Assembly (NCBI GenBank): GCA_040901675.1
Contig: JBBDYJ010000001.1
Span: 43,618-107,617 of the forward strand
Direction of reading: 5' to 3'
DNA from: Pirellulales bacterium
GTDB lineage: Bacteria > Planctomycetota > Planctomycetia > Pirellulales > JAICIG01
DNA length: 64,000 bases
Shown here: positions 29,987 through 39,164 of the stretch, piece after piece
Position numbering within the stretch: the stretch's first letter is position 1
Layout: the number at the start of each line of letters is the position of its first letter
Translations under genes and position numbers: made by a program
Notes under the pieces: model-generated
Databases searched by the model: none
What the model was told of the DNA's origin: nothing
The model's input: only the letters and a program-made list of their open reading frames with translations

Positions 29987-30325
29987 CTAGACCATCGCCT
30001 TCAGGTTCTTTAGCGCGCGGACCGTGACCTTGTTGTAGGCCGCCTTGGCCGGTACGTCCCTGAACTCGCCCGTGAACGGGTTCTTGACGTTCTTCTGCGC
30101 CGGCCGGGCCGGAACCTTCTTCCGGGTGATCTTGATCAAGCCGGGGATCGTGAAGACGCCGGGGCCGCGACCGCTGACATTCTTCTTGATCTCGTTGCCC
30201 AATGCCTCCAGGACGGCGGCCACGTCCTTTTTGTTGAGGTTGGTGGCTTCGGCAATGTTCGCCAAAACCTCACTCTTGCTGGGGGCCCTTTTCGGTGCCG
30301 ACCCTGCTGCTGGGGCTTTCGCCAT
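29987..30325 (-). CDS. HU family DNA-binding protein
   Basis: SKSEV...IAEATNLNKKDV, FTIPGL, KNPFTGE, ALKNLKAMV. Confidence 0.93.
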   Translation of the reverse strand: MAKAPAAGSAPKRAPSKSEVLANIAEATNLNKKDVAAVLEALGNEIKKNVSGRGPGVFTIPGLIKITRKKVPARPAQKNVKNPFTGEFRDVPAKAAYNKVTVRALKNLKAMV

Positions 30326-30631
30326 AATTCAGTTTCCCTCCCTGCACGGGTGTGAAGAATGCAAAAAACGCGTCCGTCCGATTTACTTGGACGCGATGAT
30401 TAAAATCGACAAAATCGAAAAAGCAACCCAGAAAACCCGGGAAACCTCTCAAAAAAGCCCAAAAGGCGCTCTCCGCGGCCATCGGCCGCGCCCCTGGCGG
30501 CCGGTTATCGGATACCATGCGGGCGCAGGCACACCCCCCGCGCGGGATGCCTGGGCCGAGCACGGCAGCATCGGGCCGTGCCGGGAAGTGCGGTTTGCCA
30601 TGGCAAGGGCCGCGCCGCGTGCCAAGGCGGC

Positions 30632-30660
30632 TTGCCCGTTTAGGACAGCTCCTGTAAGAT
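30632..30660 (+). promoter_or_regulatory. Putative sigma70 promoter of the large operon
   Basis: TTGCCC-N17-TAAGAT, about 245 nt upstream of ATG 30905 (SD GGAAGGAG at 30887). Confidence 0.5.
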
Positions 30661-30904
30661 ATTAGCTGCGTGCAAGTTAGGTTGCCGGCGCTGGGATGCG
30701 CGAGTGCGTCTGGCCCTGGCCAAGCGCCCCAAATCATCCTGAAAGTCGATGTTTGAACTTTCCAACTCCCTGAGGCGACTGCAGGGCCCGCGATGTAGGG
30801 TACAGGGGCGAATCGCCGGCCCCGAGGCCCTCCATCTGGCCCAAGTTCGACCAGAACGACCCAAGTGCCGCGGGGTTTAGCTGACTGGAAGGAGTGTCCC
30901 AACG

Positions 30905-33900
30905 ATGGATTGCGCACCAGGTCCGGCTGTCTTTCGCAGGTTCGCGATACGTTGCCGGCCGGCCGTTGGCCTGTCCCAAGTGCAGTCGCCCAGGCTATCG
31001 GTGCTGCTTCGGGCCGTGCTGTGCGCGGCGGGCACCGTCTTCTTCCTTGCGGCAAGCCCGTCGTTGGCCGAACCGCCTGAGGATGGGCCCAATGCCGCCC
31101 AGAAGGATGCCGAGGCCGCGCCGGACGCCGAGCAGCCTGAAAAACCGGTGCAGGCGGCCGAGGAGCCCAAGCCCGCCGCGGACCCCAAGCCGGCCGCGGA
31201 AGCCAGGGCCAAGCAAGCCCAGGCCGATGAGCCAGACGAGCCTCAGCCGGCCCCCCGCGCCCCTGCGGCGAATGCCCAGTTGCGGTTGCGCTTTGGCCGC
31301 ATGCAGTTTGGCCGCATGCAGTTTGGCCGGAACCAGTTCGGCCCGCGGCAGGCGAATGCCGGTCAGGGCGAGATGGTCGACGATGGGTTGGAGAGCGTGT
31401 TTTATCCCCCCGACCGCTCCACCATGCAGCGGCTTTCCAAGGCCCAAGACCTGCTCAAGGAAAAGCGGTTTGGCGAAGCAGCCCGCTTGTTGGGAAGCAT
31501 CCTGGAGGCGCCCGAAGACTTCTTCTTTCAACCCAACCGCGACGAGCCGATCTTTCGCAGCTTGAAGAGCGAAGCCCAGCGGCTGATCGGCCAGATGCCC
31601 GCCGACGGCAGGGCCGCTTACGAGCTGCAGTACGGCGCTCAGGCCCGGCGGATGTTGGACGAGGCGGCGCGGGCCGGCGACGGCGCGGCCCTGGCCGAAG
31701 TATCGCGCCGCTTCTTTCATACCCAGGCCGGTTACGAGGCCACGTATCTGCTGGCCGCCACGGAGCTGGACCGGGGGCGGCCTCTCTCGGCCGCATTGTG
31801 TTTGAAGCGGCTGCAAGACACGCCCGACGCCGCCCAGCGGTTCGAGCCGTCGTTGTCGCTCAAGGCGGCGGTCTGCTGGCGGCGGGCCGGGCTGACCGAA
31901 AAAGCGCTCGGCACGCTGATCGCCCTGCGCCGCGCGGCGCCGCAGTCGGCCCCGTTCATCGAAGGCCGCGCTGAACCGCTCTTCCGAACCGAGGCGGAGG
32001 CGCTGGCCTGGCTGGAAGCCAAGGTGGGCACGCAGTCGCTATCCGTGCAGGTGCCCGGCGCCGAGCAATGGGCCATGTACCGTGGCGGGCCCGGCCGCAA
32101 CGCCGCCAGCCTGGGCAGCAGCCCGCTGTTGAATCGGCGCTGGGCGGTTCCCACGGCCAACGACCCGGCCATCGAAGACACGCTGGCGCAGCTCCGCCAG
32201 GGTTATCTCGACCAGGGACAGCGGGCCCTGCCGGCGCTGCACCCCTTGGCCGTCAACGGATTCGTTTTCATGCGGTCGGTAACCGGCCTGGAAGCGATCG
32301 ACTTCCGCACCGGAAAGCGGATCTGGAACGGTCCGGTGGACGAGTCGGTCGAACAGTTGCTCGATCCGGCCAACGATGGCCCGCAGGCCCGCGGGGCAAG
32401 CTCGCTGGCCGCCTGGCTGCCGCAGCGCGTCTGGGACGACGCCACCTATGGCACGCTGTCCAGCGACGGCGAGAACGTGTACTGCATCGAGGACCTGGGC
32501 GTCGGCCTGGGAATCGTCAGCCCGCCCCAGATCATCCTCCACAACGGCCGCATGATGGAGCAGCAAGCGGGTCCGCGCAGCTACAACCGGCTGGCGGCCT
32601 ACGAAATCGCCACGGAAGGAAAGCTGAAGTGGGACATCGGCTCGCAGCCTGGCGACACCCAGATGCCGCTGGCCGGCGCCTTTTTCATGGGGCCTCCGCT
32701 GCCGCTGGCCGGCCACTTATACGCGTTGGTCGAAATCAAGAACGAGATCCGGCTGGTGGCACTCGACGCGCGGACCGGCACCCCGCAATGGTCGCAGCAA
32801 CTCGCCGTGCTGGAACAAGCCCTGACGGAAGACCCGCTGCGGCGGCTGACCGGCGTTTCTCCTTCCTATTCCGATGGCGTGCTGGTCTGCCCCACCTCGG
32901 CCACGGCGGTGGTGGCGGTCGACTTGACCACGCGTTCGTTGCTCTGGGGATACCAGTACCCGCGGGCCTTCGACCCCATGTTCCAACAGCGGATGATGGC
33001 CATGCGGATGGGCGGCATGGGAGGCTCCGACGTCACCGAAACCGACCGCTGGAGCGATGCCAGCATCACGATTGCCGATGGATCGGTGCTGCTGACGCCT
33101 CCCGAGTCGATGCAGTTACACTGCCTCAGCCTGCTCGACGGCAAGCTGTTGTGGCAACGGCCCCGTGAAGACGGCCTGTACGTGGCCTGCGTGCACGATG
33201 GCAAAGTGCTGGTGGTCGGCCGGCGTGGACTGCGGGCCTATCGGCTGGACGACGGGCAACCGGCCTGGGACGAGCCGGCTTTGGCATTGCCGGCCGGCAG
33301 CACGCCCAGCGGGCGAGGGTTCTTCAACGGCGAGCGTTATTATCTGCCGTTGAGCACGGCCGAAGTGGCGGCGGTCGACGTGGCCAGCGGGCGGATCGTG
33401 GCCCGCTCCAAGTCGCGCAGCGGCACCGTGCCCGGCAACCTGATTTGCTACCACGGCGCGGTGATCTCCCAGGGCGTCGATTTCGTGGAGAGCTTTTACC
33501 AGCTCGACGACCTGCGGCGGCAGGTGGCGGCCACCCTGGCCGAGCACCCGGATGACGCCGACGCCCTGGCCCGCCAGGGCGAGTTGTTGCTCGAAGACGG
33601 CAAGCTGGGCGAGGCGGTCGTGAACCTCCGCCGGTCGTTCGAGCTGAAGCCCGATCAACGCACGCGCGAGCTGCTGGTCGATGCCTTGCTGGAAGGGCTG
33701 CGGCTCGACTTTGCCGGCAATCGCCGGCACGCCGGCGAAATCGAACGGCTGGTCGAGCAGCCGGCCCAGCGCGCCGCGTACCTGCGGCTGATTGCCGACG
33801 GTCTGCAGCAGGACGGCGAGATCGTGCCGGCCTTTGAGGCCTACCTGCGAATGATCCACCTCGGCTCGCAAGGCGATCCGCTGGAGCGGATCGACAACAG

Positions 33901-36073
33901 CCTCTCGGTGCGGCGCGACCGTTGGGTGCAGGCTCGGCTGGCGGCCTTGTACGAGACGGCCGACGCGAAACAACGCGCCGGCATCGACCAGGTGTTGGCC
34001 GCCCGGTTCGAGGCCGCCAAGGCCGCGGGCCAGCCGTCCGGCCTGCAGGAATTTGTCGGCTTTTTCGGCAGCCATCCGCTGGCCGACGAGGCCCGCCGGC
34101 TGGAAGCCCGCCGGCTGGTCGAATCGCAAGAGCTGCTCGCGGCCGAGATGCTGCTGCGGCGCTTGGAGCACTCCGCCGATCCGGAGCATCGCCGGGCGGC
34201 GGCCGCCAGCCTGCTGGCGCTGCTCTCGCAGGCCGGCCGACTGGACGAGGCGGATGCCTACTACCGGCAACTGGCTGGCCCCTGGGCCCAGCAGGTCTGC
34301 CTCGACGGCAAGACCGGACGGCAGGTGATCGACGAATTGTCGATCGGCGATGCGAGCCGCGCGCTCCTGGAGGGCCCGCCGGCCTGGCCGGAAGGTTTGG
34401 TCGAAACCGAAAACCAGAAAGCTCAGCCGATGGCGGCCTCTCGCAATTTCCCACTCGATTTCCGGGGGGCGTCGGAACCGTTCTTCGACCGCATGACGGT
34501 CGAGCTGGAACCGATGCAGCGGCTGCTCGTGGGGCGCGACGGCCTGGGCAACGAGCGATGGCGGGTCTCGCTGCGCGATCGCGGCGACGCCAACAACCTC
34601 GGCTTCAATTACGCGATCAGCCACGTCCGTGCGGAAGGTCACCTGCTCTTGGTCTCGATGGGCTACCAGCTCATGGCCATCGACACGTTGGGCAAGCCGG
34701 GAGCGCACACCGCCCGCGTCCTCTGGCAGCAGGACCTGATCGATTCGATGCCGGGGCTGCCCCGCAACGTCGGCGTACACGGCCGGATGATCCAGCGGCC
34801 GTGGGGCATCCCCCAGGTGATGGCGGCCGACGCGCAGAACCGGCCGCTCGGCAACGCGGGCCCGCTGTCGACCGAGATGATCTGCTTTCAGCGGATGCGG
34901 ACCCTGATGGCGGTCGAGCCGCTGTCGGGCGAGACCTTGTGGAGCCGCAACGACGTGCAACACGGCAGCGAAGTGTTCGGCGACGACGAGTTGCTGTTCG
35001 TCACCGCGCCCGGCGAAAGCGAGGCGCGTGTCTTGCGGGCACTGGACGGCCAGGAGCTGGGCCGCCGGCAGGTGCCGCCGGTGGAAGAGCGCGTTCTCAC
35101 GCTCGGCCGGTTGGTGTTGTCCTGGTCCAGCCGCGACGGCCGCTGGGCGATGACGCTTGCGGATGTCTGGCAGGGCAAGGAGCTGTGGCGGAAGGCGTTT
35201 TCGCTGGGCTCGAAAGTGTGGCCGCTGGGCACCGATTCGATCGGCGTGCTCCAGCGCGACGGCAGCTTCTCGCTTTTGTCGCTGCCCGATGGCGCGGCCT
35301 TGATTGAACAGCGCGTGGATGCCGAGCCCAATTTGAGCGAGATTTACGTGCTCGGCACGCCCGATCGGTACCTGTTGATCACCAACCGCCCCTGGCAGAA
35401 CAAGGCCGGAGTGAACATCACGCCGGTGCCTTCCCCCGGCAGCACGGTGATCAGCGGCACGGTGCACGGTTTTGATCGCGCCACCGGCCAGAAGGTGTTT
35501 TCCACGAAGATCGAGGGAAAAGGCCTCACGATCAACCAGCCGGCCGATCTGCCGATCCTGGTGTTTGCCGCCAATACCTATCAACAGGCGCCGCAGGGTC
35601 GAGGGAGCACCCAGAAAGGCAACGTGCTGTGCCTGGATAAACGCAATGGGCGCATCGTCCACGAGGAGGAGTTGCCCGGCTCGATCAACTCGGTCGACGT
35701 GACCAGCGATCCGCAGAAGCACGAGGTGGTGCTGCGGACGCTGCGGTCGAGTGTTCGCCTCCGGTTCAGCGACGAGCCATGGCCGATTGAAACGCCCGCG
35801 GCCGGCGACGGCCAGGCGGCCGCCGCCGGCGGGTCGACCACGGCGCGGGCTGGCCGGGCGATTGTCCGCGGCCTCAAAAAATTTGCGGCCGGCAACGGCC
35901 TGCCGATTGGGGACGACCCCTTCGATAAGCCCGGGCTGATCGGCGAACTCGAGTTGGAGGAAGACGTAGCCGAGGAACAGGCCGACGTCATCGAGGAAGA
36001 GCTGGATGTCATCGAGGCCCAACGGGAAATCGAAGAAGCTCAACAAGACGTTGCCGAGGAGCAAGAGCCATGA
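30905..36073 (+). CDS. Giant exported PQQ-like beta-propeller / TPR protein (1722 aa)
   Basis: Signal-like segment LAASPSLA; repeated A(L/I)DxxTGxxxW blades; TPR-like helices; acidic C-tail. Confidence 0.85.
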   Translation: MDCAPGPAVFRRFAIRCRPAVGLSQVQSPRLSVLLRAVLCAAGTVFFLAASPSLAEPPEDGPNAAQKDAEAAPDAEQPEKPVQAAEEPKPAADPKPAAEARAKQAQADEPDEPQPAPRAPAANAQLRLRFGRMQFGRMQFGRNQFGPRQANAGQGEMVDDGLESVFYPPDRSTMQRLSKAQDLLKEKRFGEAARLLGSILEAPEDFFFQPNRDEPIFRSLKSEAQRLIGQMPADGRAAYELQYGAQARRMLDEAARAGDGAALAEVSRRFFHTQAGYEATYLLAATELDRGRPLSAALCLKRLQDTPDAAQRFEPSLSLKAAVCWRRAGLTEKALGTLIALRRAAPQSAPFIEGRAEPLFRTEAEALAWLEAKVGTQSLSVQVPGAEQWAMYRGGPGRNAASLGSSPLLNRRWAVPTANDPAIEDTLAQLRQGYLDQGQRALPALHPLAVNGFVFMRSVTGLEAIDFRTGKRIWNGPVDESVEQLLDPANDGPQARGASSLAAWLPQRVWDDATYGTLSSDGENVYCIEDLGVGLGIVSPPQIILHNGRMMEQQAGPRSYNRLAAYEIATEGKLKWDIGSQPGDTQMPLAGAFFMGPPLPLAGHLYALVEIKNEIRLVALDARTGTPQWSQQLAVLEQALTEDPLRRLTGVSPSYSDGVLVCPTSATAVVAVDLTTRSLLWGYQYPRAFDPMFQQRMMAMRMGGMGGSDVTETDRWSDASITIADGSVLLTPPESMQLHCLSLLDGKLLWQRPREDGLYVACVHDGKVLVVGRRGLRAYRLDDGQPAWDEPALALPAGSTPSGRGFFNGERYYLPLSTAEVAAVDVASGRIVARSKSRSGTVPGNLICYHGAVISQGVDFVESFYQLDDLRRQVAATLAEHPDDADALARQGELLLEDGKLGEAVVNLRRSFELKPDQRTRELLVDALLEGLRLDFAGNRRHAGEIERLVEQPAQRAAYLRLIADGLQQDGEIVPAFEAYLRMIHLGSQGDPLERIDNSLSVRRDRWVQARLAALYETADAKQRAGIDQVLAARFEAAKAAGQPSGLQEFVGFFGSHPLADEARRLEARRLVESQELLAAEMLLRRLEHSADPEHRRAAAASLLALLSQAGRLDEADAYYRQLAGPWAQQVCLDGKTGRQVIDELSIGDASRALLEGPPAWPEGLVETENQKAQPMAASRNFPLDFRGASEPFFDRMTVELEPMQRLLVGRDGLGNERWRVSLRDRGDANNLGFNYAISHVRAEGHLLLVSMGYQLMAIDTLGKPGAHTARVLWQQDLIDSMPGLPRNVGVHGRMIQRPWGIPQVMAADAQNRPLGNAGPLSTEMICFQRMRTLMAVEPLSGETLWSRNDVQHGSEVFGDDELLFVTAPGESEARVLRALDGQELGRRQVPPVEERVLTLGRLVLSWSSRDGRWAMTLADVWQGKELWRKAFSLGSKVWPLGTDSIGVLQRDGSFSLLSLPDGAALIEQRVDAEPNLSEIYVLGTPDRYLLITNRPWQNKAGVNITPVPSPGSTVISGTVHGFDRATGQKVFSTKIEGKGLTINQPADLPILVFAANTYQQAPQGRGSTQKGNVLCLDKRNGRIVHEEELPGSINSVDVTSDPQKHEVVLRTLRSSVRLRFSDEPWPIETPAAGDGQAAAAGGSTTARAGRAIVRGLKKFAAGNGLPIGDDPFDKPGLIGELELEEDVAEEQADVIEEELDVIEAQREIEEAQQDVAEEQEP

Positions 36074-37113
36074 TGCCCGCTGCAAGTTGGTCTGGCCGAA
36101 TCGCGCTGATGTTGTGCACGGCCGTCTGCTGGCAGGTGCTCGCCTCGCAGGCGCTGTCGGCCAAGCGCGACGAAAAAGTCGATCGGGTGGTGAACCGGGG
36201 CCTGGAGTGGATGGCCCGCACGCAGTCGCGGCTCGGCCATTGGGGCGCCAACGAGGGGCGCTATCCGACGGCCATGACCGCCCTGGCGGGCATGGCGTTC
36301 ATGGCGGAGGGCTCCACCACCACGCAGGGCAAGTATGCTGCCAACATCCGCAAGGCGGTCGACTACCTGGTCAGCCGCAGCCGGGCAAACGGCTTGATCG
36401 GCGACCCGCGCAGCGACGACCGCTACACCTACGGCCACGGCTACTCGATGCTGTTCCTGTCGCAGGTGCTCGGCGAGGAAGAAGACATTGACCGCCGCGA
36501 GACGTTGATCGAAGTGTTGACCAAGGCGGTACAGTTCACCGGCGAGGCCCAGACCGAGGCGGGGGGCTGGGGGTACGTGAGCGCCAGGGACGGCCACGGC
36601 TTCGACGAGGGTTCGACCACGATCACGCAGGTGCAGGGGCTGCGAGGCTGCCGCAACGCCGGGATCCCCGTGCCCAAGCAGATCATCGATAAGGCCGTCA
36701 AGTACATCCGCGACTGCACGCTGCCCGACGGAGGCGTGCAGTATAGTTCCAAGGGCGGCGGCGGCCGGCCGGCCATCTCGGCGGCGGCGATTGCCTGCCT
36801 GTTCAACGCCGGCGATTACGACAGCCAATACGTGCCCAAGCTCTTGAACTATTGCGAAAAGAACCTGGACAACATCCAGAACGAGGGCTTCGGCCATTGG
36901 CACTATGCCCACTACTACTACGCGCAGGTCTGCTATCGCGAGGGGAGTGAGAAGTGGATCCCCTACCGCGACAAGATCTATGCCAAGATCGTCTCCGAGG
37001 CAAACCCCAACGGCTCGTGGAACCAGGGTTACATCGGCCCGATCTACACCACCGCCATCAACCTGACGATTCTGCAACTGGAAAACGGCACGTTGCCCAT
37101 CTACCAACGCTGA
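36070..37113 (+). CDS. Exported prenyltransferase/squalene-oxidase-repeat (alpha/alpha barrel) protein
   Basis: GLEWMARTQ...[25 protein letters not shown] repeats; signal peptide. Confidence 0.85.
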   Translation: MMPAASWSGRIALMLCTAVCWQVLASQALSAKRDEKVDRVVNRGLEWMARTQSRLGHWGANEGRYPTAMTALAGMAFMAEGSTTTQGKYAANIRKAVDYLVSRSRANGLIGDPRSDDRYTYGHGYSMLFLSQVLGEEEDIDRRETLIEVLTKAVQFTGEAQTEAGGWGYVSARDGHGFDEGSTTITQVQGLRGCRNAGIPVPKQIIDKAVKYIRDCTLPDGGVQYSSKGGGGRPAISAAAIACLFNAGDYDSQYVPKLLNYCEKNLDNIQNEGFGHWHYAHYYYAQVCYREGSEKWIPYRDKIYAKIVSEANPNGSWNQGYIGPIYTTAINLTILQLENGTLPIYQR

Positions 37114-37168
37114 CAGGCTTCGGCGCCGGCCTTGCCCGGCGTGCCGCAGCGGACCCAAGGGAGCTTTG

Positions 37169-38221
37169 ATGACAGAACAATTCGATGCCCAGGAGTCGGC
37201 CGCCATCCGCGAGTTGGGCGCCGCCCGCGAGCGGATCCTGGAACAACTGGCCCAGGTCATCGTCGGACAGGGACACGTGATCGAGGAGCTGCTCATCTCG
37301 CTCTTCAGCCGGGGTCACTGCCTGCTGGAAGGCGTGCCCGGCCTGGCCAAGACCTTGATGGTCAGCACGCTGGCCCGCACGCTGAACCTTTCGTTCAGCC
37401 GCGTCCAGTTCACGCCTGACCTGATGCCCGCCGACATCACCGGAACCGAAATCATCGAAGAGAACCGCGGCACCGGCTCCCGCGAATACCGCTTTCTCGA
37501 AGGGCCCCTCTTCGCCAACGTGATCCTGGCCGACGAGATCAACCGCACGCCTCCCAAGACGCAGGCCGCCCTGCTGGAGGCGATGCAGGAGCGGCAGGTC
37601 ACCGTGGGGCGGGTGCGGCACCCCTTGCCCGACCCGTTCTTCGTGCTGGCCACGCAGAATCCGATCGAGCAGGAAGGCACATACCCGCTGCCCGAGGCGC
37701 AGCAGGACCGCTTCATGCTCAAGGTGTTCGTCGACTATCCCAACTTCGAGGAGGAGTTCGAGATCGCCCGCCGTACCACGACCACGCTGTCGGATCACGT
37801 CGTGCCGGTGCTGACGGCCGAGCAGATCATCCAGTTGCAGGGCATGGTTCGCGAAGTGCCTGCCTCCGACCACGTCATCCGCTACGCCTTGTCGCTGGTT
37901 CGCCAGACGCGGGTGGGCGAGGTCGGCGCGCCGGACTTCGTCAGCGAACAGTTGAACTGGGGCGCGGGACCCCGGGCGGTGCAGAACATGATCCTGGGCG
38001 CCAAGGCCCGGGCCCTCTTGCACGGCCGGACCCATGTCTCCACCGACGACGTCGCCGCGCTGGCCAGGCCCGTGCTGCGGCACCGGATCGTCGTCAACTT
38101 CGCGGCCGAGAGCGAAGGGGTGACGAGCGACCAGTTGATCGATCGCCTGATCGAGATCACCCCGACCAAAGAGGACGAGCTCACCCGCGATGCCCGATTC
38201 CAGAAGATTTTTGCATCCTGA
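37169..38221 (+). CDS. MoxR family AAA+ ATPase
   Basis: [67 protein letters not shown]. Confidence 0.96.
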   Translation: MTEQFDAQESAAIRELGAARERILEQLAQVIVGQGHVIEELLISLFSRGHCLLEGVPGLAKTLMVSTLARTLNLSFSRVQFTPDLMPADITGTEIIEENRGTGSREYRFLEGPLFANVILADEINRTPPKTQAALLEAMQERQVTVGRVRHPLPDPFFVLATQNPIEQEGTYPLPEAQQDRFMLKVFVDYPNFEEEFEIARRTTTTLSDHVVPVLTAEQIIQLQGMVREVPASDHVIRYALSLVRQTRVGEVGAPDFVSEQLNWGAGPRAVQNMILGAKARALLHGRTHVSTDDVAALARPVLRHRIVVNFAAESEGVTSDQLIDRLIEITPTKEDELTRDARFQKIFAS

Positions 38222-39092
38222 GGCGATCCGCCGGCTGACGCGGCTCGACATCCGCGCCCGCTACATCGTCGAGGGATTCCTGTCGGGGGCCCACCGCAGT
38301 CCGTACTTCGGGCAGTCGGTCGAGTTCCTCCAGCACCGCCAGTACGCCCCCGGCGACGACCTGCGCCGCATCGACTGGAAGGTCTGGGCCAAGCAGGACC
38401 GTTATTACGTCAAGCAGTACGAGGAAGACACCAACCTCCGCTCGATCCTGCTGGTCGATGTCTCCGGCAGCATGCGCTACGGCTCCGGGGCGCTGAACAA
38501 GTTCGAGTACGCGGCCACCGTCGCCGTCAGCCTGGCCTATCTGTTGTTGCGGCAGCAGGACGCCGTGGGCTGCGTCCCCTTCGACGAGGGGCCGCGGACC
38601 ACCGTGCCGCTGCGCACCAAGCGCAACCACCTCAACTCGATCATCTCGGCGCTGGACGTCAGCGACCCCAGGGAAAAGACCGACCTGGCCCGGATCATGC
38701 GGCACGTGGCCGACAGCTATCCCCGCCGGGGCATGGTGCTGGTCATCTCCGACCTGCTGGCCGACCGGGCCGGTTTGTTCAAGGGGCTGCGGCTGTTGCG
38801 GCAGCGCGGGCACGACGTGATGGTGTTCCACGTGATGGACGACGACGAGCTCGACTTTCCCTTCAACGGGCCCACGCGTTTCGAGGGTTTGGAGATTCCC
38901 GAGCACCTCAACTGCAACCCCCGCGCGCTGCGGGAAGGATACCTCGAAGCCGTCGGCGGCTACCTGGACGAAGTCCGCCGGGGCTGCGCCAAGCACGTGG
39001 TCGACTACGCACTGGTGCGGACCAGCCAGCCGCTCGACGCGGCCCTGGCCACTTACTTGAGCAACCGATTAGGCATGCACAGCCGCAATTGA
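38190..39092 (+). CDS. DUF58 family vWA protein
   Basis: [37 protein letters not shown]; overlaps MoxR by 32 nt. Confidence 0.93.
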   Translation: MPDSRRFLHPEAIRRLTRLDIRARYIVEGFLSGAHRSPYFGQSVEFLQHRQYAPGDDLRRIDWKVWAKQDRYYVKQYEEDTNLRSILLVDVSGSMRYGSGALNKFEYAATVAVSLAYLLLRQQDAVGCVPFDEGPRTTVPLRTKRNHLNSIISALDVSDPREKTDLARIMRHVADSYPRRGMVLVISDLLADRAGLFKGLRLLRQRGHDVMVFHVMDDDELDFPFNGPTRFEGLEIPEHLNCNPRALREGYLEAVGGYLDEVRRGCAKHVVDYALVRTSQPLDAALATYLSNRLGMHSRN

Positions 39093-39164
39093 ATCGCCCG
39101 ATCCGCGTCCGGAACAGTCCCGCAAGGGCAACCATTTTTTAACAACCGCGAACCCGCCCCACCG

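Noticed and set aside
30326..30904. ORFs 30045-30665 and 30270-31055, or a tRNA/6S/tmRNA in the HU-operon gap
   Set aside because: No motifs, overlaps with real genes, and no recognisable RNA signature
33116..36085. 989-aa minus-strand ORF, and similar long antisense ORFs (19379-21274, 41450-43591, 46387-48414, 53306-55201)
   Set aside because: They mirror well-supported plus-strand genes and have no motifs; expected shadow ORFs in high-GC DNA
36070..37113. Squalene-hopene cyclase or alpha-2-macroglobulin thioester domain
   Set aside because: Too short for SHC and lacks DxDD; no CGEQ thioester motif
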